DNA of 64,000 bases from Azolla caroliniana (Eukaryota > Plantae > Polypodiophyta): contig JBHGNT010000020.1 of NCBI GenBank assembly GCA_043228905.1, positions 7,626,001-7,690,000 on the forward strand, in the 5' to 3' direction. The translations under genes were made by a program, and so were the position numbers. Shown here one piece after another: positions 26,401 to 38,500 of the stretch. Within the stretch, counting starts at the first letter, position 1; the number at the start of each line of letters is the position of its first letter. Under the pieces are notes generated by a model. That model searched no databases and was not told where the DNA came from. It worked only from the letters and a program-made list of their open reading frames with translations.

Positions 26401-27831
26401 GATGAACTGTTTAGGTTTAAATAGTTGGAGAAGATGGTCAAGGATTTTGCTGAGCTAACAACTGCATCCTTGTGGAGAATAGTTGTCTTTCATAGTATGG
26501 ATCTCAAGCTTTGAGATCTCGTTGCCATGGCATCGAGAACCTTGCATGGTAAGGATTATTTATAGGTCTCATTCACTATATTGCATTTCTTAAGATTGTT
26601 CAATCTATTCTTAACTATGTATTATTTTTTATAGGATAAAAACCAATGTAAATAGAGGGCCAACCTTTCGGTTCGTTAATGCCATTGAATACATCACGGT
26701 TGGCTACTTCGATGAAATTAAGAAACAAAGAATCAAGGAGCATTCTAATGAAGTGGGAGGTTCAAATCTGCTGGTATATCCAGCAGTGACACGGAAATTG
26801 CGACATGTCACCATGACAGAACGGGGACTTGTCAACCCATACCAAAAACCTCAACGACTTATGATGTGCTTGATCGAGATGTTTTCTATCGAAGGAGACT
26901 GGATATTAGATCTCTTTTCTGGCATAGGTATTCCTCGAACTAGGGTAACGATCTTGAGATAAACAATACTGAATCTTTTTTGGTTTGAGAACTAATTCTT
27001 CTTGTTACTTTCTTCACAGGAACAACGTCTGCATGTGCATTGAAGCTCTTTAGAAACACAATTGCATTGGAGAAGGATGAGGAGCAAGTTATATTTATAA
27101 ACATGAGGATTAAGGCTTATTGGGAGTGCCCAGACCAGGACGAGGAGGTCGGTGCAAAGAGCCTCGATGATACAGAAATGTTTCAACCTGCTTCGCGAGA
27201 GCCTATTCCTCTGTTAGCCGGGGAACCGGGGGAGCTAATAGAGCTTGATGATGAGCTTATAGAAGATATTTCGTTGGCTCTGCTAACAAGGGAAACCAAT
27301 GCACGTATAGCCGAAGAAAATTCTACAGAGGATGATGAAGAAAATGACATTGATGAATTGATTGCTATGTAATAGACTCTATGAAGAAAATGACATTGAC
27401 AATATGTTTGGATTTCACATTATTAATACAAATTTTGGGTTTTACTTGGTGGATTCTATTCTTTATAATCTTCTATATGTTTCAATTTTATTTTTATATA
27501 CTTGATTAGTAGACTTATGACATTGGTTTCACCGCGTGCATAGCTGACTACCAAATTTATGGAGAAACATGAATTAGTTTAAATTGAGTCTGATTTTGGT
27601 CCAAGTTTACCTTAACATAACATGGTCATAGAATTGTTGCCATGACTGTCCATGTTGTTATTATGGATCTTTGTCTTCTGTTGTTAAAACTATTATGTTT
27701 CTATTCCATTACTGCTTAGATTGTGTAGTGTGTTGATAATGGTTCCACTAGTGTTATCTGCATGTTTTTATACGCTTGTAGTTCCACTAGTGTTATCGTT
27801 CGGAGTTTGATCCTGTGTGAATCACCTAAGC

Positions 27832-28080
27832 AATAGAGTAGATCAATTTTTAATACAAGTATGAAAGCCTTAATAGGCTTGTTATTTCCACCACATTATC
27901 CTAAAGTTCACTGTCTTACATTGTCCACAATTATATACATATGGTTTGATCCCATACAAACAAACTAAGGAATAGATTAGATCAACTTTAAATACAAGTA
28001 TTGAATACTTTAATAAGTTAGTTATTCCAATGACATTATCCTAAAGTGCACTATCCTACATTGTCCACAATTATATACAT
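27832..28080 (+). repeat. Imperfect ~110-bp direct duplication in the transposon's right subterminal region
   Basis: AATAGA.TAGATCAA.TTT.AATACAAGTAT...ACATTATCCTAAAGT.CACT.TC.TACATTGTCCACAATTATATACAT at about 27832 and 27971. Confidence 0.75.
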
Positions 28081-30114
28081 GCACATATGGGTCAAAGTAT
28101 AAATTATAACTCATTTTATTGGTATGGATACAAGATATTTTTGTAAAACTTACCAAATTAATGTAAGTCTTTAACTTAGTGTTTCCCATGTCACACATTA
28201 GTGACATATTGAGCCATTGTTGAACTTTATTATGCCTACATTAACTTATCAACACGTCCAAACTTGCATGATTTCTAATGATCTCCACTCGTAGACCTAT
28301 CATGTATTTTTATATTTGCAAATTCTAATCAAGTTGTGGAACATGTGATACTAGTGCATCCAATTTTTGTAGAGAGGGTGTATTTGGATAGTTTGAAGAA
28401 GATTCTACAAGTGGAATGCGCAATCCTTCCAGTTGTGAATGCGAACGTGTTCTCAACGGATATGGGTTGTGATGTGCGGACGATGGGGATATTATGTGCG
28501 CGGACAAACGATTTATCGATAAAGCAAGTAAATGCTCCGGAGCCGAGCAAGGCATGAGAATGTATTGAAGTCGAACCAAAACAAAGACTTACCTGCAAAG
28601 AGAACCCTCCTAATGGCGGAACGGACTTGTAGGAGCATGGAGAAGGTGAGTAACGGGAAGCGTCCAGTGGCATGGCTCCTACTATAGCCAGACTTGGTCG
28701 TTTTCCTGTTGTTGACGAACCTTCACAAGATGTGCACAATGGAATTGGTGTCGCGGGCCCCGCACCGGGCAGTGGCAGATGACATGGCCGGGGTTGCCAC
28801 ATTAGAGACAGAGTGCATTGTCCCGACGATGTTGGTGTTGGGCTTCAGTTAGTGGTTGGAACCATGCGTAGTTGATCTCCATCAGGGTATGGAAATAGAC
28901 CTCCTTCGTGGTGTGGGTATTGCTGGGTGATGGTAAGGTTGGTGTGGGAGACAAGTAGGGCCTGGCAATTGATGCGTTTCGGGAAGAAGCATGAGACTCA
29001 CGAGTCCCTCGTTCTTCTTGATGAAGTTCGACGAGACGATTGTCACACTGGACAACTTGGGAGATTACTTGAGACAATGATGTGGGCTCCGGGAAGTTTA
29101 AGAGAAGATTCTTGAAGTCGTTTTGGAGACCGCGACGGAAATGGTCGCATAGGGCTTGGTCATCCCAACTGACATCGCAGGAAATCAGATGGAACTATGA
29201 GGCGTAGACTGAGGCTAGACGTGAGACTTGTTGGAAAGAATAACGCTTTGTGAGTGTCGTTCGTCGCTGGTCAGTCTCGCCAAATGTGGCTTCGAGCTCC
29301 TCAATGAAAGCGGTGAAGCTTTCTATGAGAGGGGATGGGTCTCGATCAAGGGTGAAAACCACGCTTGCACCGGCCCGGAGAGAAGCGTGCCGACATGCCC
29401 AACCCGAGAAAAGTCGCTAGCATACAATTGGGGCTGTAACCGGATGATAAGCCAAATTTGGTTGATGAAGCCGCGAAGATACACCCTCGTGCCGTTGAAT
29501 TTTTCCGGTAGGCTGATGGTTGGTTCGAGGACATATGGATGGGAAGAGGACGTGGTCGGGCTAGGTGCCGATGATGGTTGTGACTCGGCGGGTGGTGGAT
29601 TTCTTGAAGTGCCGGATTGCAACTCTCGTAATGATTCCCGAAGGATTTCATTCTCTAGCTGAAGTTGTTGCAAGGCTGCGATGACTTGGTTTAGGTTGTC
29701 GATGGAGCCGAACATGGTAGCAAGAAGAGGGGAAGGTGAACAAACTGTCACGGATAAGTATAATAGAGCAGAGCGAAGACAAGACTAGAAAACAAGAGAG
29801 AGGAAAAGAACAAGAACTTAACTGGTGTTGTTCACCTTGATTAGAATCAATGTGCACTTGAGTATTTATACAAGAAGGTAGGGCTATGTAAGCCAGCTAG
29901 AAATAGAGTATGCATGAGGATGCATGCAATAGAGAATGCATTAGAATTTGTGCAAGCTAGAAATGAGGATGCATGCAAGTTAGGAACTTCCAATGTTCAA
30001 TCTAAACTACATGAAGTTGGATTCGAAACAAGGCTGCATATGTAGCTCAATTGGTAGGGTTGCCTAATAGAGACCATAAGGTCTTGGGTTCAATCCCGAC
30101 CTTTCTCCATGACA

Positions 30115-32003
30115 TATGTTTATGATAGTTGTTACCAAATAAACACATAATTAGGCAGGATGCGTAATAACTGTCACGCGTCAACAAACTCCAAAATTCT
30201 TTGAGATGGAGCCTCAACTATATCTCTCACCTCTTTGACCCCCAAACGAAACAAACGATTGAATTGAGTGCAATCTTTCCTTTCCTGGCCAACATAATAA
30301 CCAAGAAGACACAAGTAATTCTTTTTGCAAAGAATTACAATGCTCTCTACTAGATGATGGTTTCCATACACATAACAACAATGGTTCTTGCCATGAGGTA
30401 ACCAAGTGTTGAATAGATGAAGAGCTCGGAATTCAAGTTAAATACATCCATTCAGTAATTGCCACCATGAAGCCTTAATCATTGTCCTCCCATGTGTTAA
30501 ACCCTTGTTCTCAATGAAATATTGAACAATAGATATCCATGGTTGTGAGTTTGAACACATGTCTTGTAATAATGAAAATCAACGAGCCATCATATGCATA
30601 GATAAGTTCAATATTCCAGCTCCCCCCAAATGCTTAGGGGTTGCTAGATGATTCCACGTAACCCAAGTGATTCCCATCTTATCCCTCTTCTTCCACAACA
30701 AATATCGATTAGGTTGCAAAACAGAATGCAAAGCCAAGTTCTTTGTCCATGGCAACAATGGCAAGTAATATAATATCATGGGTTCCATAATACATTGTAC
30801 AACCTTTAAGCCTCTCTCTCTCTCTTTCTCTCTCTCTAAAAGCACACAATTATATTAATTGTATGTAAAATCCACAATTACACACTTCTTAGTCTCCTCT
30901 ACCTATCTATCATATGTAGTGAGAGGGACGCCTTATAATGCCATTAGAAAACCTTAATATGCATTTGAGGAAATGATTCCCACATGCTCTAACATCCAGA
31001 AATTCCACATAAGAATACCTTTCAAGTTCTTCATATAGGATTTCACCCCATGTTTACTATCAAACATGAAAGCATTACACATATTCCAATTGTGTTGTAG
31101 TCCCCAATAATGTAAAAATTGGAACAATATCTCCATCTCATTATTTGAACCATTTTGAACATACTATGAAAAATCCCATTGTTGAGGTCTCAAATAACAA
31201 CAGGTTAAAACTTGTCAGACATCTGATAAATACTTCCAAATGGTTCACGCTATAGGATATTTAATGAACCTATGTGTACTATCCTCCAATGGAATGACGC
31301 AAAAGAAACAAGTGTTTGACCCTAGTCCTCGTCTCTTTAAGGTTGAACCTAATGGGAGCCCACCAATCATGACTCCATATGAATACCTTTGCAGGAAATG
31401 GCAGATGAGAATGCCAACCACAGTGTAATATTTTCCACCACATTGCATTCCACTAACATACATTCCATACATTTTCTACTTTAGGTAAAAGCCAAGATAG
31501 TGATGTCATTGCATGATGATACAATATATTTGTAGTGACTTGTAACAAGTGCATACCATCTTATAACCGCCAATCCACACAAGGTGCAACATTTGTTTTC
31601 AATAGAAAATATCTTGTAAATTTTCCAAAACAAATCTGTAATTTAGGAGAATACATAACCATCTTTTGGCATCTTCAAATTCCAATAAACTTTAAGATTC
31701 ATTATCAACCACATCTCCCAAATGTACAACCCCCAATCGAAATAGACAATTGAATTGAGATCTCAACTTCTCTTTTCCATGCCAAAACAACACTTGAGAA
31801 GAAATAAGGAATTCATTTTGTAACAAATTACAAAATTCTCGATCACTTGATGGTGTCCACTCAAAAAAAGATAGTGCATCAAGTTGCCATGTTTTTACCA
31901 ATTGTTGTCCGCATATAGAATGTCAAATCTTTAGAGGAATAAATCCATTGAGAAATGGCCACCACTATGCTTGAATATTTATTTTCCCATGCACTAATAC
32001 TTT
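30115..32003 (-). mobile_element. Two degenerate LINE ORF2 fragments (RT C-terminal and zf-RVT-like region)
   Basis: 'WVTWNHLATPKHLGGAGILNL' (30579-30845) and 'GGLPLGSTLKRRGLGSNTCFFCVIPLEDSTHRF' (31245-31472); 30170-30480 is paralogous to 31690-32000. Confidence 0.7.
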
Positions 32004-35000
32004 AAGGATCGCGCACAAATGGAGGGATAAGGAATATTCCGTTAGATTTTAGAACTTTTTTAACCTTTTGACGAAACAGATGTTGGGGGTATGACCCTCC
32101 AGTGGGAGGAACCGATTGTTCGGAAATAGCCGATAGTCGACAATCGAAGAGTCGACAATAGAGAGTCGATTATTTAAACAAATTATTATTATTATTATAG
32201 TAATAATAATAGTAATGATATGTAGCAGTGGCTACAATTGTAAATAGTCCACACGATGTATCAGTATATATATACATCTAGGGAAAACATAGTAAAGCGA
32301 TACAATAGAAGTGTGCGTAAGAGAGACACGTGTGTGAGAGAGAGATAGGAGAGAAAGAGAACGACGCCATAGCTGTGTGCATAACAACAGATGCCAAGAA
32401 CCCTGTGTGGGTGATACACTCATAATCAGAGTGTTGTAATGTCTGCCTTGTACATCCACTATATAGTGAAGTTTCTGCTCTCTCATGGTTTTCTCCCGTT
32501 TTTAGGGTTTCCACGTAAATCTCTGTGTACTGTGTCGTTTGTGCCTGTGTAGTGTATTTTCAGCATCGTTTGATCTTGTGGTTTTACGAATTGATTCTCA
32601 ACAATCTGGTATCAGAGCTTGAGGTGCACGCATGGAAGGAGGTGTGAGCGGCTTCCCAGGCATGATAGTTCTAAACTCATAGAACTATGCAGAGTGGAAG
32701 ATAAAGACGGAGGACCTTCTCATAGTCAAAGATCTATACAAGCCAGTCGACAGAGCAGATATACCAGGGGGTATTGGAGTTGGATTGGAAACTTCTTAAT
32801 AGAAAGGCGGTGGCTACCATCCGACAATGAGTCAACGTAAGTGTCTTGCACACGAGATGTGGTAGAAGCTCTCGGGTCTATATGAGAGGAAGAACGCGCT
32901 CAATAAAACCTCATTAATGAGAAAGATCGTATGGCTAACATACAAGGACGGTGAGAGCATCGTCAAACACATCAACACATTCATGGGGTATGTGAATCAA
33001 CTTGTTGCAACCAAGTTTCCCCTGGATGATGCGATGCAAGACATTCTGCTAATGTGCACACTGCGTGATAGATGGGAGAACCTGGTGGTCACTCTCAACA
33101 CCTCTTGTCAAGAAGAGAACTTGTCTTTACAAACTGTAAAGAAAAGCATCCTAAATGAGGTGGCAAGGAGGAAGGACAAGGGAGTCCTGTCCCAGTCGAA
33201 GTCGAATGTAACACAACATTCGGACAGAGGAAGGAACTGGCAAACAAGTCCACCAAGGAGAGAAAAGTCCCAAACTAGATCGAAGTCTAGAGGTAAGCTA
33301 GTGTGCTTTTACTGTGGTAAACTGTGCTTTTACTGTGCTTTTACGAGCAATGAAGAACTGTTGTTCATCTGTGAACAAACGAGTGCAAATCTTGCAAGTG
33401 AAGAATGCACTTGGGTGATCGATTCCAGGGCATCGTTTCACATAACTCCATTGAGAGAGTATTTCTCGACTTACATAGCCGGAGATCATGGTTATGTGAA
33501 AATGGGTGATAGTGGAGAGTGCAAGATAGCCGGAGTCGGAAGTGTCTGCTTGATGACGTCGACAGGGTGTCGACAGACTTTGAAGGATGTTCGACATGTC
33601 CCGATATCAGATTGAATTTGATATCGACTGGAAGGTTAGATGACGAAGGCTATAGTGGTAGTTTTCGGAATGGCAAGTGGAAGTTTTGCCGAGGAAATCG
33701 TATAGTGGCCCGAGCACAGAAAGAAGGCACATTATATATGATGCATGCCCGACTGTGAAAATCGGAAGTAAATGTGGCAGCCGACTCGGAAGGAGAGATA
33801 TGACATAAGAGGCTAGGCCACATGAGTGAGAAAGGAATGCACCTGCTAGCTGACCAAAAGCTTCTACTAGAAGTCAAGGGAGTGCACCTAGAGAAGTGTG
33901 TCGACTGCTTAGTCGGAAAGCAAAATAGATCATCATTCCACACAAGACCACCAAGAAGAAGAGAAGCTGCACTGGAACTGGTACACACGGATGTGTGTTA
34001 TGTAGATGCTCCATCGCATCGAGATGGACAATACTTTGTGAGGTTCATTGACGACTATAGTCGGAAGACATGGGCCTTCGTACTGAAGTTGAAGGATAAA
34101 GTACTGTCGATTTTCAAGGAGTTCCAGGCAGGAATTGAACGAGAGTCAGATTGGAAATTGAAGGTTGTTCGAACTTACAACGGTGGCAAGTATAGAGGGA
34201 AATTCGAGGAATACTACAAGTGCCAAGGTATTCAGATTGAATACACAGTGCCAAAGACCCCAGAGTTGAATGGGCTTGCAGAGAGGATGAATCAAATAAT
34301 TATGGAGAGGGTAAGGAGCATGCTCTCTCATGCGAAACTGCCGAAATCCTATTGGGCTGAGGCAATGTACACAGTTGTTTATCTGATCAACAAGTCTCCC
34401 TCAGTACCACTAAAGGGTGATGTCCCATAGAGAGTGTGGACAGGGAAGGATGTCTCCTACCAACACTTGAGGGTGTTCGGATGTTTGGGGTATATGCATG
34501 TACCGAAGGATCAGAGGAAAAAGCTCGATAGTAAGTCGAAATCATGCATATTTATGGGATACTCAGAAGATGAGTTCGGCTATAGGCTATGGGACGTAGT
34601 TGACAAGAAGGTAGTGAGAAGTAGGGACAGAATCTTTCTTGAAGATAAGACGATTGAAGATTGGAAGCAACAGAAGTTAGATTCGACTCCCTAGTTAACC
34701 CTGACTATTGTTGATCTAAGGTCAAGTGAACCGACAATGTCGGTTGTTCGGAGATGGCCAGTCAGCACAGCCGAATCCGAGTCAGTCGACTCAGAGAGAC
34801 CGACTGACTATGAGTCAGAGTCGACAGAGTTGCTAAGGTCAATTGAAGAGTATGAGTTGGAGTCGTCCAACCTGGAGATGCCGATTGACGTGCAGGAACC
34901 CGAGCGGAGAGAAGACTTGGCAGAGACATCCGAAAGAGAGCCATAACGAGTGGAAGGAGATACCCACTCAGAGAAAGGGAAGCACCAACAACATATGCAA

Positions 35001-35269
35001 GTGAACACATCCTCTTGATTGATGAAGGTGAACCGGAGTGTTATGAAGAAGCCATTGCCGACGAGCACAGAGAGAAATGGCTGAGCATGATGCAAGATGA
35101 GATGGAATCCCTGCACGATAATTACACCTATGACTTGGTAGAGCTGCCGAAAGGAATAAGTGGGTCTACAAGGTGAAGACTGGAGAAGCCGACAGTGAGC
35201 CCAGGTATAAAGCCCACTTAGTAGTGAAGGGTTTTCAACAAAAAAGGGCGTCAACTTTGACGAAATATT

Positions 35270-35508
35270 TGTTGGGAAATCGGTCTCTCCAGATGGGATC
35301 CGGTGATGAATAAAGAGGAGCCGGTGAGAACCAGAAGAGAGGACAGATTTGTAAATATGTCTTGAATAAGCCCATTGAGACTATATTTGTAAATAGCCCT
35401 AAGTTCATATAACTATAAATATGACTTAGGGCAATCACTCTGTAGCGAGAGTTGTAGTTGTGAGATTGTGTTGTAGATTGTATGTGTTGCATATTGTCGT
35501 AACTGTTG

Positions 35509-35550
<42 letters not shown>

Positions 35551-38500
35551 CTGTTGTAACAACCCCCAGGCGAAGATTGTGAGCAAGAGGTCATTGCCTT
35601 TGTGTTCCCATGTTGTATTCCTCTAAGACATTGTGATAGTTTGGAGCATGTGGGCTCCTGTGGTTTTTCCCGTTTAGGGTTTTCCATGTAAACATCCTGT
35701 GCACTCTCTCTTGTTTCTTGTTGTTTGTGTGTACATGTATTTCTCCTCCATTCCCATTCTCGGTATCTGATTCGAAACGAAACGATCTAAGACTCGGTTG
35801 TGGCCGAGCAATATTCTGTGTTTTGCAACAAATTGGTATCAAAGCGAACAACACAAGAAATGGAAGAATCGTTTGGTGGCATGTTCAAGCTCACCGGCTC
35901 CAACTACTCAGTGTGGAAGTCGAAGATGAGGGATATGCTAGTGGTCAAAGATCTTTGGTTTCTAGTTCAGTTCGGGGACAAGAGACCGGACAAGATCGAT
36001 GCGACAATGTGGGAGGTGATGCACATGAAGATGACGGCATACATCTTTTGCTTCATCGACATAAACCTGTACAACAACTTCAATGAAGAGAGCAAGGCTC
36101 ATGAACTCTGGGAGAAGATCGGCGTCATGTTCCAGAACAAGAATGTCGTTAATCGGGTTTTGGTATTCCGGAAGCTAGTGAGGATCCGGTACCAAGACGG
36201 CTCCAGTATGGCGGAGCACATGAATGCCTTCCAGGGGCTGATACACCAAGCAACCTCATTGGAAGTACCTCTCGCCGATGAGGTACTTGCTCTACTCCTG
36301 CTCGGTTCCCTCTCGGATAGCTGGGAGATGTTAGTTGTCACGTGGGGCAACGCCGAGCTGGAAGGAAAACAACTATCCCTAGCACAATTCAAGTCGAGCT
36401 TGCTAGATGAGGAGGCACGTCGGAAAGACAAGGAGGTGATCTCCGACGCCAAAGCCCTCACCGAATCGGAACGCGGAAGACAAAGGAATCAGAGTCCCCA
36501 GAACCAGGAAAAGTCAGGGACAAGGTCAAAGTCAAGGGGGAGGCCCACTTGCTTCTATTGCGGCAAGCCGGGGCACTTCTAGAAGATCTGTCGGCATTTC
36601 CGAAAAGACAAGGGAACCGATAGTATCGACGAGGTCCGGACCGGAAGGGAACGACGGCGATCATGGCAAGTGAAGAAGAACTAATGCTCATCACCGAGGA
36701 GAGTGAGTTGAACCTTGTCGTTGACGAGACAACGTGGGTTGTCGATTCTGGAGTGTCATTCCACCTTACCCCGGACCGGAAATGTTTCTCATCCTACACA
36801 GCCGGTGAGCACGGCTGTGTCTGGATGGGGAATGAAGGGACATGCCAAAGTATTGGCATAGGAGATGTGGTATTGACGACATCAACCGGATGCAAGTTGT
36901 TGCTGAAGGATGTCCGACACGTTCTGGAGGTTCGACTGAACATGATATCAACCGGTCGGCTAGATGATGAAGGATACACAGGTAGCATCTGAAACGGTGT
37001 CATGAAGTTCTGCAAAGGGAGCTTAATAGTGGCTCGAGCCTGGAAGGTCAACACATTGTACTTGATGAATGCCCAAATATGCCGAGAAGAAGTGAACGTA
37101 GCATCCGACACTGCCGGTAAGCTGTGGCACAAAAGACTGTGTCACATGAGTGGGAAGGGGATGAAGAGGCTTACCAAAGACAACCTCATTCCAGTGAAGG
37201 ACGTGCAGCTTGAGAAGTGCACCGACTACCTGGCCGGCAAGCAAAACCGCACCTCCTTTCGGTCAAGACCAACCATGAGACAGAATGCACCACTAGAGTT
37301 GCTGCATACTGATGTGTGTCAAGTAGACACGAAGTCACATGCTGGATCGCAGTACTTTGTGACGTTCATAGATGACCACAGCCGGAAGTTGTGGGTCTCA
37401 CCGTTGAAGACGAAGGATCAAGTATTATCCGTCTTCAAGGAGCTCCACGCGAGAGTGGAAAGAGAAACCGGCCGAAAGCTGAAAGCGGTTCGAGCAGATA
37501 ACGGAGGAGAATACCGGGGGCAGTTCGAGGAGTACTGCCGGTCGAAGGGAATCCGAATCGAATTCACCATGCCGAAGACGCCGGAACTAAATGGGTTGGC
37601 CGAAAGGATGAACCGGACAATAATGGAGAAAGTCCGGAGCATGCTCGCACATGCCAAGTTACCCAAAACGTTTTGGGCTGAGGTGCTGACGACGGCGACC
37701 TATGTGATAAACAGATCACCCTCAGTACCCTTGGACAGAGACTCACCGCAAAAAGTATGGACCGGTAAGGATGTGTCTTACTGGCATCTGAAGGTATTCG
37801 GGTGTCTCGCATACGTGCATGTGGCGAAGGACGAGAGAGCAAAGCTAGATCCGAAGTCCGGGCCATGCATATTCCGTGGATACAACGATGATGAGTTCGG
37901 TTACCGAGTGTGGGATCTGGTCGACAGAAAGGTGTTCCGGAGTCGGGACATAGTCTTCATGGAAGACAAGACCATTGCCGACTGGGAGTCGGAGAAGAAG
38001 GTAATGAACTCCGGATCATGCATTGCAAACCGGCTTGAGGACAAAAGGATATACCCGGTTGAAAACTAGATGTTAGCCGATAACTGGATGGCACTCGACG
38101 AACCGGCCGGATACGGACAGGAAACCGAACCGACCGAAGAAAAAGAAGAAGAAGAAGACACCGGAACCGGACAAGGTCCCGAATCGGATTCGGATGTGGA
38201 ACAAACAGAGGAACCAACAGTCAGAAACCAAGGACAGAGATATCCTCTCTGGGAAAGAAGAGCCCCCCGAAGATTTTCGGATGTAGAGCATGTGTTGCTA
38301 ACTGATGAGGGGGAGCCGGAAAACTTTGAAGAAGCAAGGGGAGACACCCACAACCGCAAGTGGTTGAGTGCCATGCAGGACGATATGGATTCCCTGCATG
38401 AGAACCACACATACGAATTGGTGGAGTTGTCAAAAGAAAAGAGGGCACTCCGGAATAAGTGGGTGTACAAGCTGAAACCGGGAGACGCCAGAAATCCACC

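Larger units (their letters stand above)
19344..27372 (+). pseudogene. Spliced gene: ParB/Srx-like domain plus beta-class N6-adenine/N4-cytosine DNA methyltransferase (about 965 codons, disrupted)
   Basis: Exons 19344-19378, 24166-25803, 25880-26018, 26102-26548, 26635-26927, 27020-27372 (all GT-AG). ParB-like 'HVQNLKKKM..VVPFIVMVD..YFVIGGAHSAEA..IYVGLTTEEAKLLAWDHN'. MTase motifs: 'CGDVVDMI', 'IVDIPY' (DIPY 26359-26370), 'WIK..NAIEYITVG', 'NPYQKPQRL', 'GDWILDLFSGIG|TTSACALKLFRNTIALEKD'. Stops at 24188, 25328, 25589, 26422; two frameshifts in exon 4. Confidence 0.85.
15311..28451. mobile_element. Cut-and-paste DNA transposon (Sola-like) carrying a ParB-DNA methyltransferase cargo gene
   Basis: TIR AACACGTTCGCGTTCACAAGTGGAAGGATCGCGCAT at 15311-15346 versus 28416-28451 (33/36 match); TSD CTCA at 15307-15310 and 28452-28455; two divergent genes inside. 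Confidence 0.92.
14095..30114 (-). mobile_element. Ty3/gypsy chromovirus (Tcn1/Tf1-like), 3'-truncated, interrupted by the DNA transposon at 15311-28451
   Basis: 5' LTR 29746-30114 (TGTCA...TGACA); gag 'PEKFNGTR' 29323-29751; protease 'ALLGSGAFTCFID' near 28540; RT '[10 protein letters not shown]' and 'YLDDILVFS' at 14155-14823. Removing the insert and one CTCA restores the reading PISVE-AID. Confidence 0.9.

Noticed and set aside
24166-27372. Bacterial contamination or prophage as the source of the MTase
   Set aside because: The gene has phase-consistent GT-AG introns, lies within TIRs and a TSD inside a plant retrotransposon, and shows plant-type C>T decay.
30041-30097. Functional tRNA genes here and at 13479, 20277 and 54139
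   Set aside because: A/B boxes are present, but I could not fold a convincing cloverleaf or acceptor stem; treated as tRNA-derived repeats.
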